Positions 27,449 through 36,816 of a DNA stretch of 64,000 bases are shown piece after piece (the first letter of the stretch is position 1; each line of letters begins with the position of its first letter). The notes under the pieces were generated by a model. The model did not search any database. It saw only the letters and a program-made list of their open reading frames with translations, and was not told where the DNA came from. The translations under genes were made by a program, and so were the position numbers. The stretch is from Saprospiraceae bacterium (lineage in GTDB: Bacteria; Bacteroidota; Bacteroidia; Chitinophagales; Saprospiraceae). The stretch is from positions 1,305,997-1,369,996 of the forward strand of contig JAXLUU010000001.1 of the NCBI GenBank assembly GCA_046329325.1. The letters run 5' to 3'.

Positions 27449-28645
27449 CTACTCTACTTCTAATACTAATCCTTTGAGGTAATGTCCTTCAGGATGAAAC
27501 AGATTTACAGGATGATCCGGACCTTGAGAGAGTTTGTGAATTACGCTCAATTTCCTGCCGGACTCAATTCCTGCGGCTGTAATTGTATTGTAAAAGAGCG
27601 CATCATCGATTACCTGTGAGCAAGAGAAAGTAAATAAAAGTCCAGAGCTGTTTAATTTTTTAATTGCAGCGGCGTTAATCCTTTTATATGCCTGTACTGC
27701 ATTGTGCCTTTTATTTAAACTTTTTGCAAAAGCGGGAGGATCCAAAATGATCATATCAAATTCTCCATGATCCATCTGATTTAAATAAGGGATTACATCT
27801 CCACAGACTGACTTGTGCAGTGATCCTTCAAAATGATTCAGGGAGAGGTTTGAATCCAATTGTTCCAAAGCTCTTGAGGAACTGTCAATTGAGGTCACTG
27901 AATTTGCCCCAGCGGCCAGGGCATATAAGCTGAAACCACCGGTATAACAGAAAGCATTTAAAATATTCTTACCAGCCGCATATTGGAGCAGTAATTTTCT
28001 ATTTTCACGCTGATCCAGAAAAAAACCTGTTTTCTGACCCGTTTGCGCATTGATGTCAAATTGTATTTTAGTTTCGGTAATCCTAGAGCTGTTTAGATTA
28101 CCTAAAAGTTGTCCTTCACGGTGTCCTGTGTAATTTAATGGAAGCGTATCATTGCTTTTGTTGTATATATGCTGCACCCTGTCCGTAAGAACACTCTGCA
28201 GTGCCTCGACGATATTCTCAATAAATTGAGCCATTCCAGTGCTGTGACATTGAATTATTGCCAGATGGCCATAAATATCAACAATCAGGCCGGGCAAGCC
28301 ATCGCCTTCTCCATGAATCAGCCGATATGCGGTACACTCAGGATTATCAATCAGACCCAACATTTTTCTTAGGTTATAGGCGTTGCGCACCGTGGACTGC
28401 CAAAAGTCTGGGGAATAGGCCGCGTTACCAAATGATAGCATTCTTACGGCAATGCTTCCCGCCTGGAAATGGCCAAAGCCTAGTCGCAAGGATTTTTCAT
28501 CCTGAAGATAGACCAGGTCTCCATCGGAGACTTCTTTGGGTAGGTGCTTAATGGCGCCACTAAAAATCCATGGGTGCCGGCGAAGCAATGATTGTGTCTT
28601 CTGACTGTGTAAAGTAATTATAGACAATTCACCAAGGGGCATCAT
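27449..28645 (-). CDS. rlmI: 23S rRNA (cytosine-C5)-methyltransferase RlmI-like (PUA + class I SAM MTase)
   Basis: 398 aa. RRHPWIFSGAI N-terminus, AFCYTGGFS SAM-binding motif, ILDPPAFAKS motif IV. Confidence 0.8.
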   Translation of the reverse strand: MMPLGELSIITLHSQKTQSLLRRHPWIFSGAIKHLPKEVSDGDLVYLQDEKSLRLGFGHFQAGSIAVRMLSFGNAAYSPDFWQSTVRNAYNLRKMLGLIDNPECTAYRLIHGEGDGLPGLIVDIYGHLAIIQCHSTGMAQFIENIVEALQSVLTDRVQHIYNKSNDTLPLNYTGHREGQLLGNLNSSRITETKIQFDINAQTGQKTGFFLDQRENRKLLLQYAAGKNILNAFCYTGGFSLYALAAGANSVTSIDSSSRALEQLDSNLSLNHFEGSLHKSVCGDVIPYLNQMDHGEFDMIILDPPAFAKSLNKRHNAVQAYKRINAAAIKKLNSSGLLFTFSCSQVIDDALFYNTITAAGIESGRKLSVIHKLSQGPDHPVNLFHPEGHYLKGLVLEVE

Positions 28646-28757
28646 AAGCTATATTTAAATAATTGGAAGGCATTAAGAAAACAGGATCAGAAGATCACGT
28701 GTAAAATTTTGGCGATCACACAGAAATGAAGTTAATTTGCAACATTATTCAGGTCAA

Positions 28758-28889
28758 ATGGAAATCAAGGAATTCAACTCGGGAAGTAAGGGCCGATGTT
28801 TTATCTTTTTTCTTTTAACGCTAATCCTATTTATAGCCCTATTGGTATGGGTCTATAATAAGAATTTCGTACTGGATTTCCCCAAGTAA
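28758..28889 (+). CDS. Possible 43-aa single-pass membrane peptide
   Basis: Hand-found ORF MEIKEFNSGSKGRCFIFFLLTLILFIALLVWVYNKNFVLDFPK. It is below the track's apparent 60-aa cutoff. A near-consensus -7 box (TAATTTG) ends about 19 nt upstream. Confidence 0.3.
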   Translation: MEIKEFNSGSKGRCFIFFLLTLILFIALLVWVYNKNFVLDFPK

Positions 28890-28898
28890 GGGCGAATT

Positions 28899-29108
28899 CT
28901 AATCTTCTTCGTTTTCGAATAACAGGATTGAAGCAATTTCAAACTGACCTTCTTTGACATAGAGGTCGGTTCCGGAAATACTTATTTTTAGTGATTCCTG
29001 AGTCCTGTTCTTAAGCATTGCTTCAATACCGTTTTTGGTCAACAGAATCCTCTTCAATTCCGCGAGGTACTGATCTTTAACCGTCATAATTTTTTTCCAG
29101 CCTTGCAT
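28899..29108 (-). CDS. Hypothetical 69-aa protein
   Basis: ATG-initiated ORF with an exact TAAATTTG -7 box 20 nt upstream (plus coordinates 29129-29136). No recognisable family. Confidence 0.4.
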   Translation of the reverse strand: MQGWKKIMTVKDQYLAELKRILLTKNGIEAMLKNRTQESLKISISGTDLYVKEGQFEIASILLFENEED

Positions 29109-29128
29109 AAGTAGTTTTTTATTCAGAA

Positions 29129-29136
29129 CAAATTTA
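29129..29136 (-). promoter_or_regulatory. -7 promoter box (TAAATTTG on the minus strand) for the 69-aa ORF
   Basis: Plus-strand caaattta. It abuts a (TA)n-rich tract at 29137-29160. Confidence 0.4.
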
Positions 29137-29313
29137 TATATAATATATATATAATATATACCTGCTCCATAAATTTTTTTATATCAATTGTTTATGACAA
29201 AACTAGATATAATTATATATAACTTATGATTATGTTTAAAATATTGATAATCAACTATATATAAAAATAAGCTTCACAAGGTCTGATAAAAAATTTTTCT
29301 CCGGAAATTGTAA

Positions 29314-30831
29314 TTATTTGATGAATTGAAGAATTTCCTCGAGGAAAATTCGCTCATTAGACAATCGGGGGACTTTTTTTTGAGCACCAATTCTGTTGGT
29401 CGCCTGCATCCAGTCTGAAAAGCATCCCGGACGTGCAAGGTGCAATATTAATCTGTTCAGCGCCAGTCCTTTATATCGCTTGGCTTCATAATCCGAATTC
29501 AAGGATTGAAGGGTCTGATCAAGCGATTCGGCGAAAGCATGTAGATCAGGCATTTCAGTTTCGAATTCAATGATCCATTCGTGTCCTCCCCTCGCCTGGT
29601 CTCCCTCCTGAAAAACCGGAGCAACCGTATAGTCCCTGACACGGACATTAAATTGTTCGCTACAACGCCTGACCGCTTCATCCGTAGTGGCAACCATTAA
29701 TTCTTCCCCAAATACGTTGATGAACTGCTTAATTCTGCCCGTGATTCTAATCCGAAATGGCTTCAGACAGGTAAATGTTATCGTGTCGCCTAAGACATAT
29801 CGATATAAACCGGAATTGGTCGTGATGATGACAGCATAGTTGATGCCAGTCTGAACTTCACCGAGAAGGAGTGTCTTAGGTGAAGGCAGGTTAAGCTGTT
29901 CAGGTGATATGAATTCATAAAAAACACCAACGTCAAGGAGTAAAAGCAATTCATCCGTCTTGTCTTTATCCTGAAATGCAAAGTATCCTTCTGATGCGTT
30001 GTACGCTTCAAAGAAATGAACATTATCAGACGGAAATAATTCCTTAAATGTATTTCTATATGGAACGAAGCTTACGGCCCCATGTATTAGTATCTCGAAA
30101 TGAGGCCAAACTTCCAGCATATTACTTTTGCCAGTTAAAGCCAGAATTTTCCGAAAAAGAATCAACATCCATGTTGGAGAACCAACCAAAAGCCTTACAT
30201 CTTCATCAATGCATTTTTCGGCAATAATATCTAATTTCTTTTCAGAATCTTCAAGAAGGTTAAATTCTTCTGACGGAACCAAAAAGCTCTTTAAAATTGT
30301 AGATAAATTTTTGTAAATCACCGCTGATACATCTCCGATTATAGCACCCGGGTATTCAGGATAATCGTTTCTGCAAGATCCAGCGAGTATGATACTTTTG
30401 CCATCCAACAATGAGCAATCCGGCAACTGATTATAAATTGAAGCGATCAGGTGAAGCCCTGCTTTGGAATGGCAATTCCGGTGATTTTCAGAAGGTATTG
30501 GTATAAATTTACTTTTGTCGGAAGTTGTTCCAGAGGATTTAGCAAAATGACTTACCCTTCCGGGCCAAAGCACATCTTCCTCTCCTTTCATCATACGGAA
30601 TATATAGCTTTTGATTTCATCGTATTCATTCAATGGCACACGATTCATGAAATCACTTACTGATGAAATACTCCGATAACCGTATTTTAATCCCCATTCG
30701 GTATCTTCCGCAGTTCTGATAATTTGCATCAACTGGTCTTCCTGAGTCTTCTCTGGATTGTTAATAAATTCATTGATCTCAGCGCAAGGGATCGATATAT
30801 ACTTTGACCAAAGAAAATTAATTAAGCCCAT
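29314..30831 (-). CDS. GH3-family (acyl-acid amido synthetase-like, ANL superfamily) protein
   Basis: 505 aa. Layout and motifs (FAKSSGTTS P-loop-like, YNASEGYFA) are as in bacterial 'GH3 auxin-responsive promoter' family proteins. Confidence 0.7.
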   Translation of the reverse strand: MGLINFLWSKYISIPCAEINEFINNPEKTQEDQLMQIIRTAEDTEWGLKYGYRSISSVSDFMNRVPLNEYDEIKSYIFRMMKGEEDVLWPGRVSHFAKSSGTTSDKSKFIPIPSENHRNCHSKAGLHLIASIYNQLPDCSLLDGKSIILAGSCRNDYPEYPGAIIGDVSAVIYKNLSTILKSFLVPSEEFNLLEDSEKKLDIIAEKCIDEDVRLLVGSPTWMLILFRKILALTGKSNMLEVWPHFEILIHGAVSFVPYRNTFKELFPSDNVHFFEAYNASEGYFAFQDKDKTDELLLLLDVGVFYEFISPEQLNLPSPKTLLLGEVQTGINYAVIITTNSGLYRYVLGDTITFTCLKPFRIRITGRIKQFINVFGEELMVATTDEAVRRCSEQFNVRVRDYTVAPVFQEGDQARGGHEWIIEFETEMPDLHAFAESLDQTLQSLNSDYEAKRYKGLALNRLILHLARPGCFSDWMQATNRIGAQKKVPRLSNERIFLEEILQFIK

Positions 30832-30875
30832 ACTACCATACTACATTTTCAAAAAACGAATTCATTAGAATTAAA

Positions 30876-31787
30876 CTATAATTCAGAAGGAATTCGAATT
30901 TCGTAAACTGCTTTATTTTTATTGATAAGGCTACTTTTCAGCAACCAGGGATTGTATAATTTTAAATCACGGTAAGTAATACCATTACGATGTGCAAAAT
31001 CTGCAAGGCTATTGATTGAAGAGTCAATCTTAACTACTGAATACGATTTATATTCAGGGTATAAATCTGATTTATCCAAAATATAGCCAAATTTATCTGG
31101 ATTTGACATAATTTCTTTATATGCCAGAATTCTGAATAAGTATCGGTTTGTCTCTTCTGAAAGATTCAGATCAAAAAAAGTTTTTTCTTTTTGTTCGCTC
31201 ATGGCAACTGTTAGTGCTGAGGGGCCCATATTATATGCTGCACAAGCTAAAGCCCATGAACCAAACCTGTCATGTAGATTTCTTAAGTATTTGGCAGCCG
31301 CATGGGTGCATTTTTCGAAATTATTTCTCTCATCAATATAATCATTTACAATCAAACCCATTTCTATTGCGGTAGCTTCTTTAAACTGCCATATCCCTTT
31401 GGCTCCTGCAGAAGATACGGCATTCCTCAAGGCACTTTCTGCAACCGCGATATATTTCAGATCTTCTGGCAAACCCTCTTCTTTAAAGATTGCTGCAACC
31501 TGCGAGAGATATCGGTTGGCCAGCTTGAGACAAATTAAAGTCGAACTATGTTGGTAAGTATTGATCAGGAGTTCACGTTCCAGTCTTTCGGAGATATCAT
31601 CTGAGTTAATGGGGATAGATTCACCTGCGAAGGTTATGGCTTGATTAATCCGGATACCCCGGATAGATTGTTGTACCGGATCAAAAGAGAAACCACTGAC
31701 TTTCTTGTTTGAAAGCAATGTAACAAACAATACCCCTACGGCGAAACCGAGTAAAAGGAAAGAAAAAATATAACCCTTGTGTTTCAT
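30876..31787 (-). CDS. Membrane-anchored lytic transglycosylase (SLT domain) with C-terminal LysM-like segment
   Basis: N-terminal TM helix. SLT catalytic region IAVAESALRNAVSSAGAKGIWQF...AYNMG. C-terminal ITYRDLKLYNPWL. Confidence 0.75.
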   Translation of the reverse strand: MKHKGYIFSFLLLGFAVGVLFVTLLSNKKVSGFSFDPVQQSIRGIRINQAITFAGESIPINSDDISERLERELLINTYQHSSTLICLKLANRYLSQVAAIFKEEGLPEDLKYIAVAESALRNAVSSAGAKGIWQFKEATAIEMGLIVNDYIDERNNFEKCTHAAAKYLRNLHDRFGSWALACAAYNMGPSALTVAMSEQKEKTFFDLNLSEETNRYLFRILAYKEIMSNPDKFGYILDKSDLYPEYKSYSVVKIDSSINSLADFAHRNGITYRDLKLYNPWLLKSSLINKNKAVYEIRIPSEL

Positions 31788-31851
31788 ACGGTAAAATTAC
31801 GTCCTTTTAAAAAATCGAAATATATTGTTTGGTGGGTAACGCACAAAACTC

Positions 31852-32748
31852 ATGAAGATTGTAAGTGTTTCATTCACAAATAGTATTAATCTAATGTCAG
31901 TTCAACAGAACTTAAGTATTGATGACCTAAGGGTCAAAGATATACTTGATTATTATGCGGCCAAATATAACCAGCCTGACTTTATAACTGATGATCCCAT
32001 AAGTATTCCCCACCAGTTCACCAAAAAACAGGATATTGAAATTGCAGGCTTTTGGACCTCTGTACTGTCGTGGGGACAGCGAAAATCCATTATCAAAAGT
32101 GCCAGCAGGTTAATGGCTCTTATGGATAATGCTCCGCATCAATTTGTAATGGAACACCAGGCACATGATCTGAGACGTTTTGAAAAGTACTGTCACAGGA
32201 CATTTAACTATACGGACAGCCTCTATTTTCTTCATGCATTACGCGATATCTATCAGGTTCATGAAAGCCTTGAAGAGGCCTTTCTGATCCAGAACCCCCT
32301 GGTTCAAGGCAGTATCGAAGGAATTATTGAAAATTTTCATAAAAGATTTTTCAGCTTATCTGATGTACCCCACAGAACAAGGAAGCATTTACCCAAGCCT
32401 TCTTCAGGCTCCAGATGTAAGCGGCTTCTGATGTTTTTGCGCTGGATGGTTCGTTCGGATAATCAAGGGGTTGATTTTGGAATTTGGAAGTGTCTCGGTC
32501 CGGAGCAACTTTTTTTACCGCTCGATGTTCATGTTGAGCGTTCAGCTCGTGTATTTGGGCTTTTGGAGCGTAAAACAATGGACTGGAAGGCGGTTGAAGA
32601 ACTTTCAAGAGCTTGTATGAAATTAAATCCGGAAGACCCGGTTTTATATGATTACGCATTATTCGGACTAAGTATTGAAAAGAAAAGCTTGCCATCTACG
32701 AAACAATTCGTAAGTTTGCAAAATAATAATAAAAAAATCAAAAAATGA
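31852..32748 (+). CDS. TIGR02757/DUF2400-family protein
   Basis: 298 aa. YNQPDFITDDPISIPHQF motif recalled from this family. The true start may be the internal ATG (MSVQQ...). Its stop overlaps the next start (ATGA at 32745-32748). Confidence 0.55.
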   Translation: MKIVSVSFTNSINLMSVQQNLSIDDLRVKDILDYYAAKYNQPDFITDDPISIPHQFTKKQDIEIAGFWTSVLSWGQRKSIIKSASRLMALMDNAPHQFVMEHQAHDLRRFEKYCHRTFNYTDSLYFLHALRDIYQVHESLEEAFLIQNPLVQGSIEGIIENFHKRFFSLSDVPHRTRKHLPKPSSGSRCKRLLMFLRWMVRSDNQGVDFGIWKCLGPEQLFLPLDVHVERSARVFGLLERKTMDWKAVEELSRACMKLNPEDPVLYDYALFGLSIEKKSLPSTKQFVSLQNNNKKIKK

Positions 32749-35579
32749 TCAATAGCAAATTCCTTATTTGCCTCACCATGGTCGCCGGGAGTATTTGTGC
32801 TCAAAAGACCAAGGTCAAGGTATTGGCAGAGCCCCAACAGGCTATGAAAGCTGAAAGCTCAACAACCTCACCAATGTCAAATGCAGAAAACACAGACAAA
32901 ATGACCAAAACGGCCGAAGTTACAGCCACCAAGTTATCCAGTGTCGAAGGAATTACCGAGTATAGCCTTCCCAATGGGTTCAAATTTCTTGTTTATCCCG
33001 ATAATTCCAAGCAAACCATTACAGTAAACATCACCTATCTTGTCGGATCCAGACACGAAGGTTACGGAGAAACCGGAATGGCGCATTTGCTAGAACACAT
33101 GGTATTTAAAGGCACGCCCAATCACCCAGATATTCCGAATGAGCTTTCCAAGCATGGTGCAAGGCCGAATGGAACTACATGGTATGACCGGACCAATTAC
33201 TTTGAAACCTTTGCGGCTACCGAGGAAAACCTTCGTTGGGCCCTGGATCTTGAATCTGACCGAATGGTTAATTCATGGATCAAGAAGGAGCACCTTGATA
33301 AGGAAATGACCGTCGTACGAAATGAGTTTGAAAGTGGTGAAAATGACCCACAGGGCATTCTCATGGAGCGGGTAATGGCCACGGCGTATCTCTGGCATAA
33401 CTATGGAAAAACCACCATCGGCGCACGTTCGGATATAGAAAAAGTTCCGATTGAGCGACTGCAGGCTTTTTACCGCAAATACTATCAACCGGACAATTCC
33501 ATATTAATGGTATCCGGTAAAGTGGATGAGAAAAAGATCGTAGAGCTCGTCACATCGTATTTTGGAAAAATACCAAAACCAGAAAGAGAGTTAATTAAAA
33601 CCTATACAGAAGAACCTGTACAGGACGGAGAACGCGAAGTAACCCTGAAAAGGGTTGGAGATGTTCAGGTTGCTTCCTGTTTGTATCACATTCCACCGGG
33701 ATCAAATCCTGATTGCGCGGCCATAGATCTTCTAACGGACATTTTGACTGATGAGCCATCCGGAAGAATATATAAAGCGCTTATTGAGACCAAAAAAGCT
33801 TCCAGCCAGTATGGTTGGTGCGCCACCTTGAATGAACCCGGCTTTGTATACTTTGCCGCTCAGGTCAGGAAAGAAAACAGTCTCGAAGATGCAAAAAACG
33901 TCTTGTTATCATCGCTGGACAACATACGACAGAATCCAGTGTCAAAAGAGGATGTAGAGCGCGCCAAAACCAAATGGCTTAAAGACTTTGATTTGTTTTT
34001 CAGTAATACCGAATCAATTGGAAGAAGCATCAGTGAATATATCGGAATGGGGGACTGGCGTCTGATGTTTATTTACCGCGACAACATACGCAAAGTAACG
34101 GCAGACGATGTCAACCGGGTTGCCGTTGAATACTTTAAGCCGTCTAACAGAACAGTTGGACGATTTATTCCGGAAGATAAACCTGATCGAACCACTGTGC
34201 CTTTTACGCCAGATATCGTTGCTTTAACCAAAGGATACAAAGGTGACCCTCCGAAGGCCCAGGGTGAGGAATTTGACCCTTCACCAATGAATATTGAATC
34301 AAGAACACATCGCGGGCAATTTAAAAATGGGATGAAGTATGCCATGTTGCCTAAATTGACGAAAGCCAATGTCGTTAACGCAAACCTGACATTACGCATA
34401 GGAGATGAGAAAACATTGTCTGGAAAAGGAACAACAAGTCAATTTGCTGCCAGTCTTCTCAATAAGGGAACGACCAAGATGACCCGTCAACAAATAAAAG
34501 ATACGCTGGACCATCTAAAGGCCCGGGTTAATATTTTTGGAAGTGGCGCCACTGTAAATGTCAGTATGCAAACCACCAAAGACAATCTTCCAGCAGTGAT
34601 TTCACTGGTAGCGGATATTCTTAAGAATCCAATATACCCTGCCAAAGAACTTGAGGAAGCCCGCAATGAAGAACTTGCAGGAATAGAGGAACAAAAATCC
34701 GATCCACAAGCGCTGGTCAGCAATGCGATATCAAGACATTTGAATCCATATCCTAAAGGCGATGTACGGTATGTAAATACCCCGGCGGAAGAAATTGAAG
34801 CTGTCAAAGCAGTAAATCTTGAGGAGATTAAAAAGTTTCATAAAGACTTTTATGGGGCAAATAATGCAACAATCAGCATTGTCGGTGATTTTAATGAAGA
34901 TCAAATCAAGACCCAACTCGATAAGGAATTCGGAACCTGGAATTCCAAAATGAAATTCACCCGCATCGCAGATAAATATATTGACGTACCCAAAGCGGAT
35001 GTTAACATAGAAACGCCAGATAAGGCAAATGCCATGTTTTTAGCAGGATGCAATCTTGAGATACGCGATGATGATCCACAATACCCTGCAATGGTTCTTG
35101 CGAATTATATACTTGGCGGAGGATTCTTGAACAGTCGATTGGCTACGCGCATCAGGCAAAAGGAAGGAATCAGTTATGGCGTAGGATCTCAATTTAACGC
35201 TGATGCACAGGACAAATCAGGAGGATTTATGGCCTATGCAATTTACGCACCTGAAAACAGGGATAAGCTGATTTCAGCTTTTAATGAGGAGATCAGCAAG
35301 ATGCTTAAAGATGGATTTACTGAACAAGAGATTAAAGATGCTAAATCCGGCTTGCTGCAATCCAGACGGGTTAATCGTTCACAGGATAATAGCCTTTCAA
35401 GTCAACTTAACATGATGTCGTATTTGGGGCGTAATATGACCTTTACACAGGATCTTGAAAAAAGAATAGAAGCACTGACTCCGGATGATCTTAATGCTGC
35501 GGTAAGAAAGCATATCAGTCTTGATAAAATCAGTATGTTCAAAGGTGGAGATTTTGCCAACAAACTCAAAAAGCCTTAA
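32745..35579 (+). CDS. M16-family (pitrilysin/insulinase-like) zinc peptidase, double-length
   Basis: 944 aa. Inverted zinc motif HLLEHMVFKG (HxxEH). Signal peptide. Two M16 active/inactive domain pairs are implied by the length. Confidence 0.85.
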   Translation: MINSKFLICLTMVAGSICAQKTKVKVLAEPQQAMKAESSTTSPMSNAENTDKMTKTAEVTATKLSSVEGITEYSLPNGFKFLVYPDNSKQTITVNITYLVGSRHEGYGETGMAHLLEHMVFKGTPNHPDIPNELSKHGARPNGTTWYDRTNYFETFAATEENLRWALDLESDRMVNSWIKKEHLDKEMTVVRNEFESGENDPQGILMERVMATAYLWHNYGKTTIGARSDIEKVPIERLQAFYRKYYQPDNSILMVSGKVDEKKIVELVTSYFGKIPKPERELIKTYTEEPVQDGEREVTLKRVGDVQVASCLYHIPPGSNPDCAAIDLLTDILTDEPSGRIYKALIETKKASSQYGWCATLNEPGFVYFAAQVRKENSLEDAKNVLLSSLDNIRQNPVSKEDVERAKTKWLKDFDLFFSNTESIGRSISEYIGMGDWRLMFIYRDNIRKVTADDVNRVAVEYFKPSNRTVGRFIPEDKPDRTTVPFTPDIVALTKGYKGDPPKAQGEEFDPSPMNIESRTHRGQFKNGMKYAMLPKLTKANVVNANLTLRIGDEKTLSGKGTTSQFAASLLNKGTTKMTRQQIKDTLDHLKARVNIFGSGATVNVSMQTTKDNLPAVISLVADILKNPIYPAKELEEARNEELAGIEEQKSDPQALVSNAISRHLNPYPKGDVRYVNTPAEEIEAVKAVNLEEIKKFHKDFYGANNATISIVGDFNEDQIKTQLDKEFGTWNSKMKFTRIADKYIDVPKADVNIETPDKANAMFLAGCNLEIRDDDPQYPAMVLANYILGGGFLNSRLATRIRQKEGISYGVGSQFNADAQDKSGGFMAYAIYAPENRDKLISAFNEEISKMLKDGFTEQEIKDAKSGLLQSRRVNRSQDNSLSSQLNMMSYLGRNMTFTQDLEKRIEALTPDDLNAAVRKHISLDKISMFKGGDFANKLKKP

Positions 35580-35610
35580 TTCAATTAAAGTAATATTTTC
35601 GTTATACAAT

Positions 35611-35641
35611 AGCCTGTGTATCTTGCACGGGCTATTTTTTT
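35611..35641 (+). terminator. Intrinsic terminator after the M16 peptidase gene
   Basis: Stem agcctgtg/cacgggct (8 bp, one G-U) followed by a T7 tract. It ends 1 nt before the next ATG. Confidence 0.65.
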
Positions 35642-36640
35642 ATGGAAATCAGAGTTGGAATCGGATTTGGCATTGTTTTAATTAGTATGTTGCATGCTTG
35701 CAGAGAACACAAGTCAGTTCAAACTGCAAATAGTCAAAGCATTGCAGATTCGCTTGTGTATTTTGACGAAATGCTAAAGGCTGATAGCCTACAGGATTCA
35801 ATTTATTATAGCAGGGGTATTTGGTTCATCAGAAAGAATCAATTAAATAAAGGCATAGAAGATCTAAAAAAGGCAGTACAACTAAGACCCGATAAACCGG
35901 AATATGTATTCAGTCTAAGTGATGCTTATTTGTTGAATATTGAATCGAGGAAGTCAATAGACGTCATTGACAGTCTATTGCTTCGCAAGCCTGATGATAT
36001 TCCAACATTACAAAAAAAAGCAAGACTGCATCTAATCATTCAAGATTATAATGCCTCTCTTGCCGTTATTGATAGAATTCTTGAGCATGACAGAGAAAAT
36101 TCACAGGCATACTATCTTGCAGGGCATGTTTTCTATGAGCAGGGTGATACCGGACGCGCCGTCAAAAGTTATCAGAAAGCGGTGGATATCAATCCTGAAT
36201 TTACTGAAGCATGGAATCAGCTGGGAGACATCATGTCACAACTTAATAATCCACTGGCCATCAAATTTTATGATAATGCGCTGAGGATGGACTCCCTCAA
36301 CATAGAAACATTGCACAACAGGGCATATGCTTTACAAAAAGAGGGAAGAGTCAAAGAAGCAATAGACGCCTATCAGACAAATATTGGCAAACGACCTGAT
36401 TTTGAATTGTCATATTATAATCTTGGAATCCTGCTTTATGAATCAAAACAGCCTGAAAAGGCTTTAGAAAATATTAATCAGGCGATATTACTAAATAGCA
36501 AAGAGCCTTCAAGTTATTATTATCGTGCCAAGATATTCATTGAGAAGGGAAATAAAGATCTCGCTAAAAAAGACCTTCAAGCTGCAATTGCACTTTATCC
36601 AGATTACGAAAAAGCAAAGCAGTTACTCAAAGGATTGTAA
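35642..36640 (+). CDS. TPR-repeat protein
   Basis: 332 aa. Repeated 34-aa TPR signatures (e.g. AYYLAGHVFYEQGDTGRAVKSYQKAVDINPEF, YYNLGILLYESKQPEKALENINQAILLN). Signal/lipobox-like N-terminus. Confidence 0.75.
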   Translation: MEIRVGIGFGIVLISMLHACREHKSVQTANSQSIADSLVYFDEMLKADSLQDSIYYSRGIWFIRKNQLNKGIEDLKKAVQLRPDKPEYVFSLSDAYLLNIESRKSIDVIDSLLLRKPDDIPTLQKKARLHLIIQDYNASLAVIDRILEHDRENSQAYYLAGHVFYEQGDTGRAVKSYQKAVDINPEFTEAWNQLGDIMSQLNNPLAIKFYDNALRMDSLNIETLHNRAYALQKEGRVKEAIDAYQTNIGKRPDFELSYYNLGILLYESKQPEKALENINQAILLNSKEPSSYYYRAKIFIEKGNKDLAKKDLQAAIALYPDYEKAKQLLKGL

Positions 36641-36788
36641 AAGTTAACTTTCCCAATCAAATCCACCTGATTTCATTAGCATTCGACCAATTTTAATATC
36701 ATCGTGACAGATATCGCATGTGAAAATTCCAAATAGGTATCAAATGTAACCAATGAGGACAAAAGCTGTCTGATTGAAAAGTAATACG

Positions 36789-36816
36789 AAAGTGAATTAT
36801 ATAAAAGACCAATAAT
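36789..36816. repeat. IS630 terminal inverted repeat (left in plus coordinates)
   Basis: aaagtgaattatataaaagaccaataat. It overlaps the last codons and the stop codon of the transposase. Confidence 0.55.

Noticed and set aside
29131-29280. Repetitive TA-rich sequence considered as a CRISPR array or structured tandem repeat.
   Set aside because: There are no regularly spaced 25-40-bp direct repeats with unique spacers, and no cas genes are in the window. It is low-complexity AT DNA.
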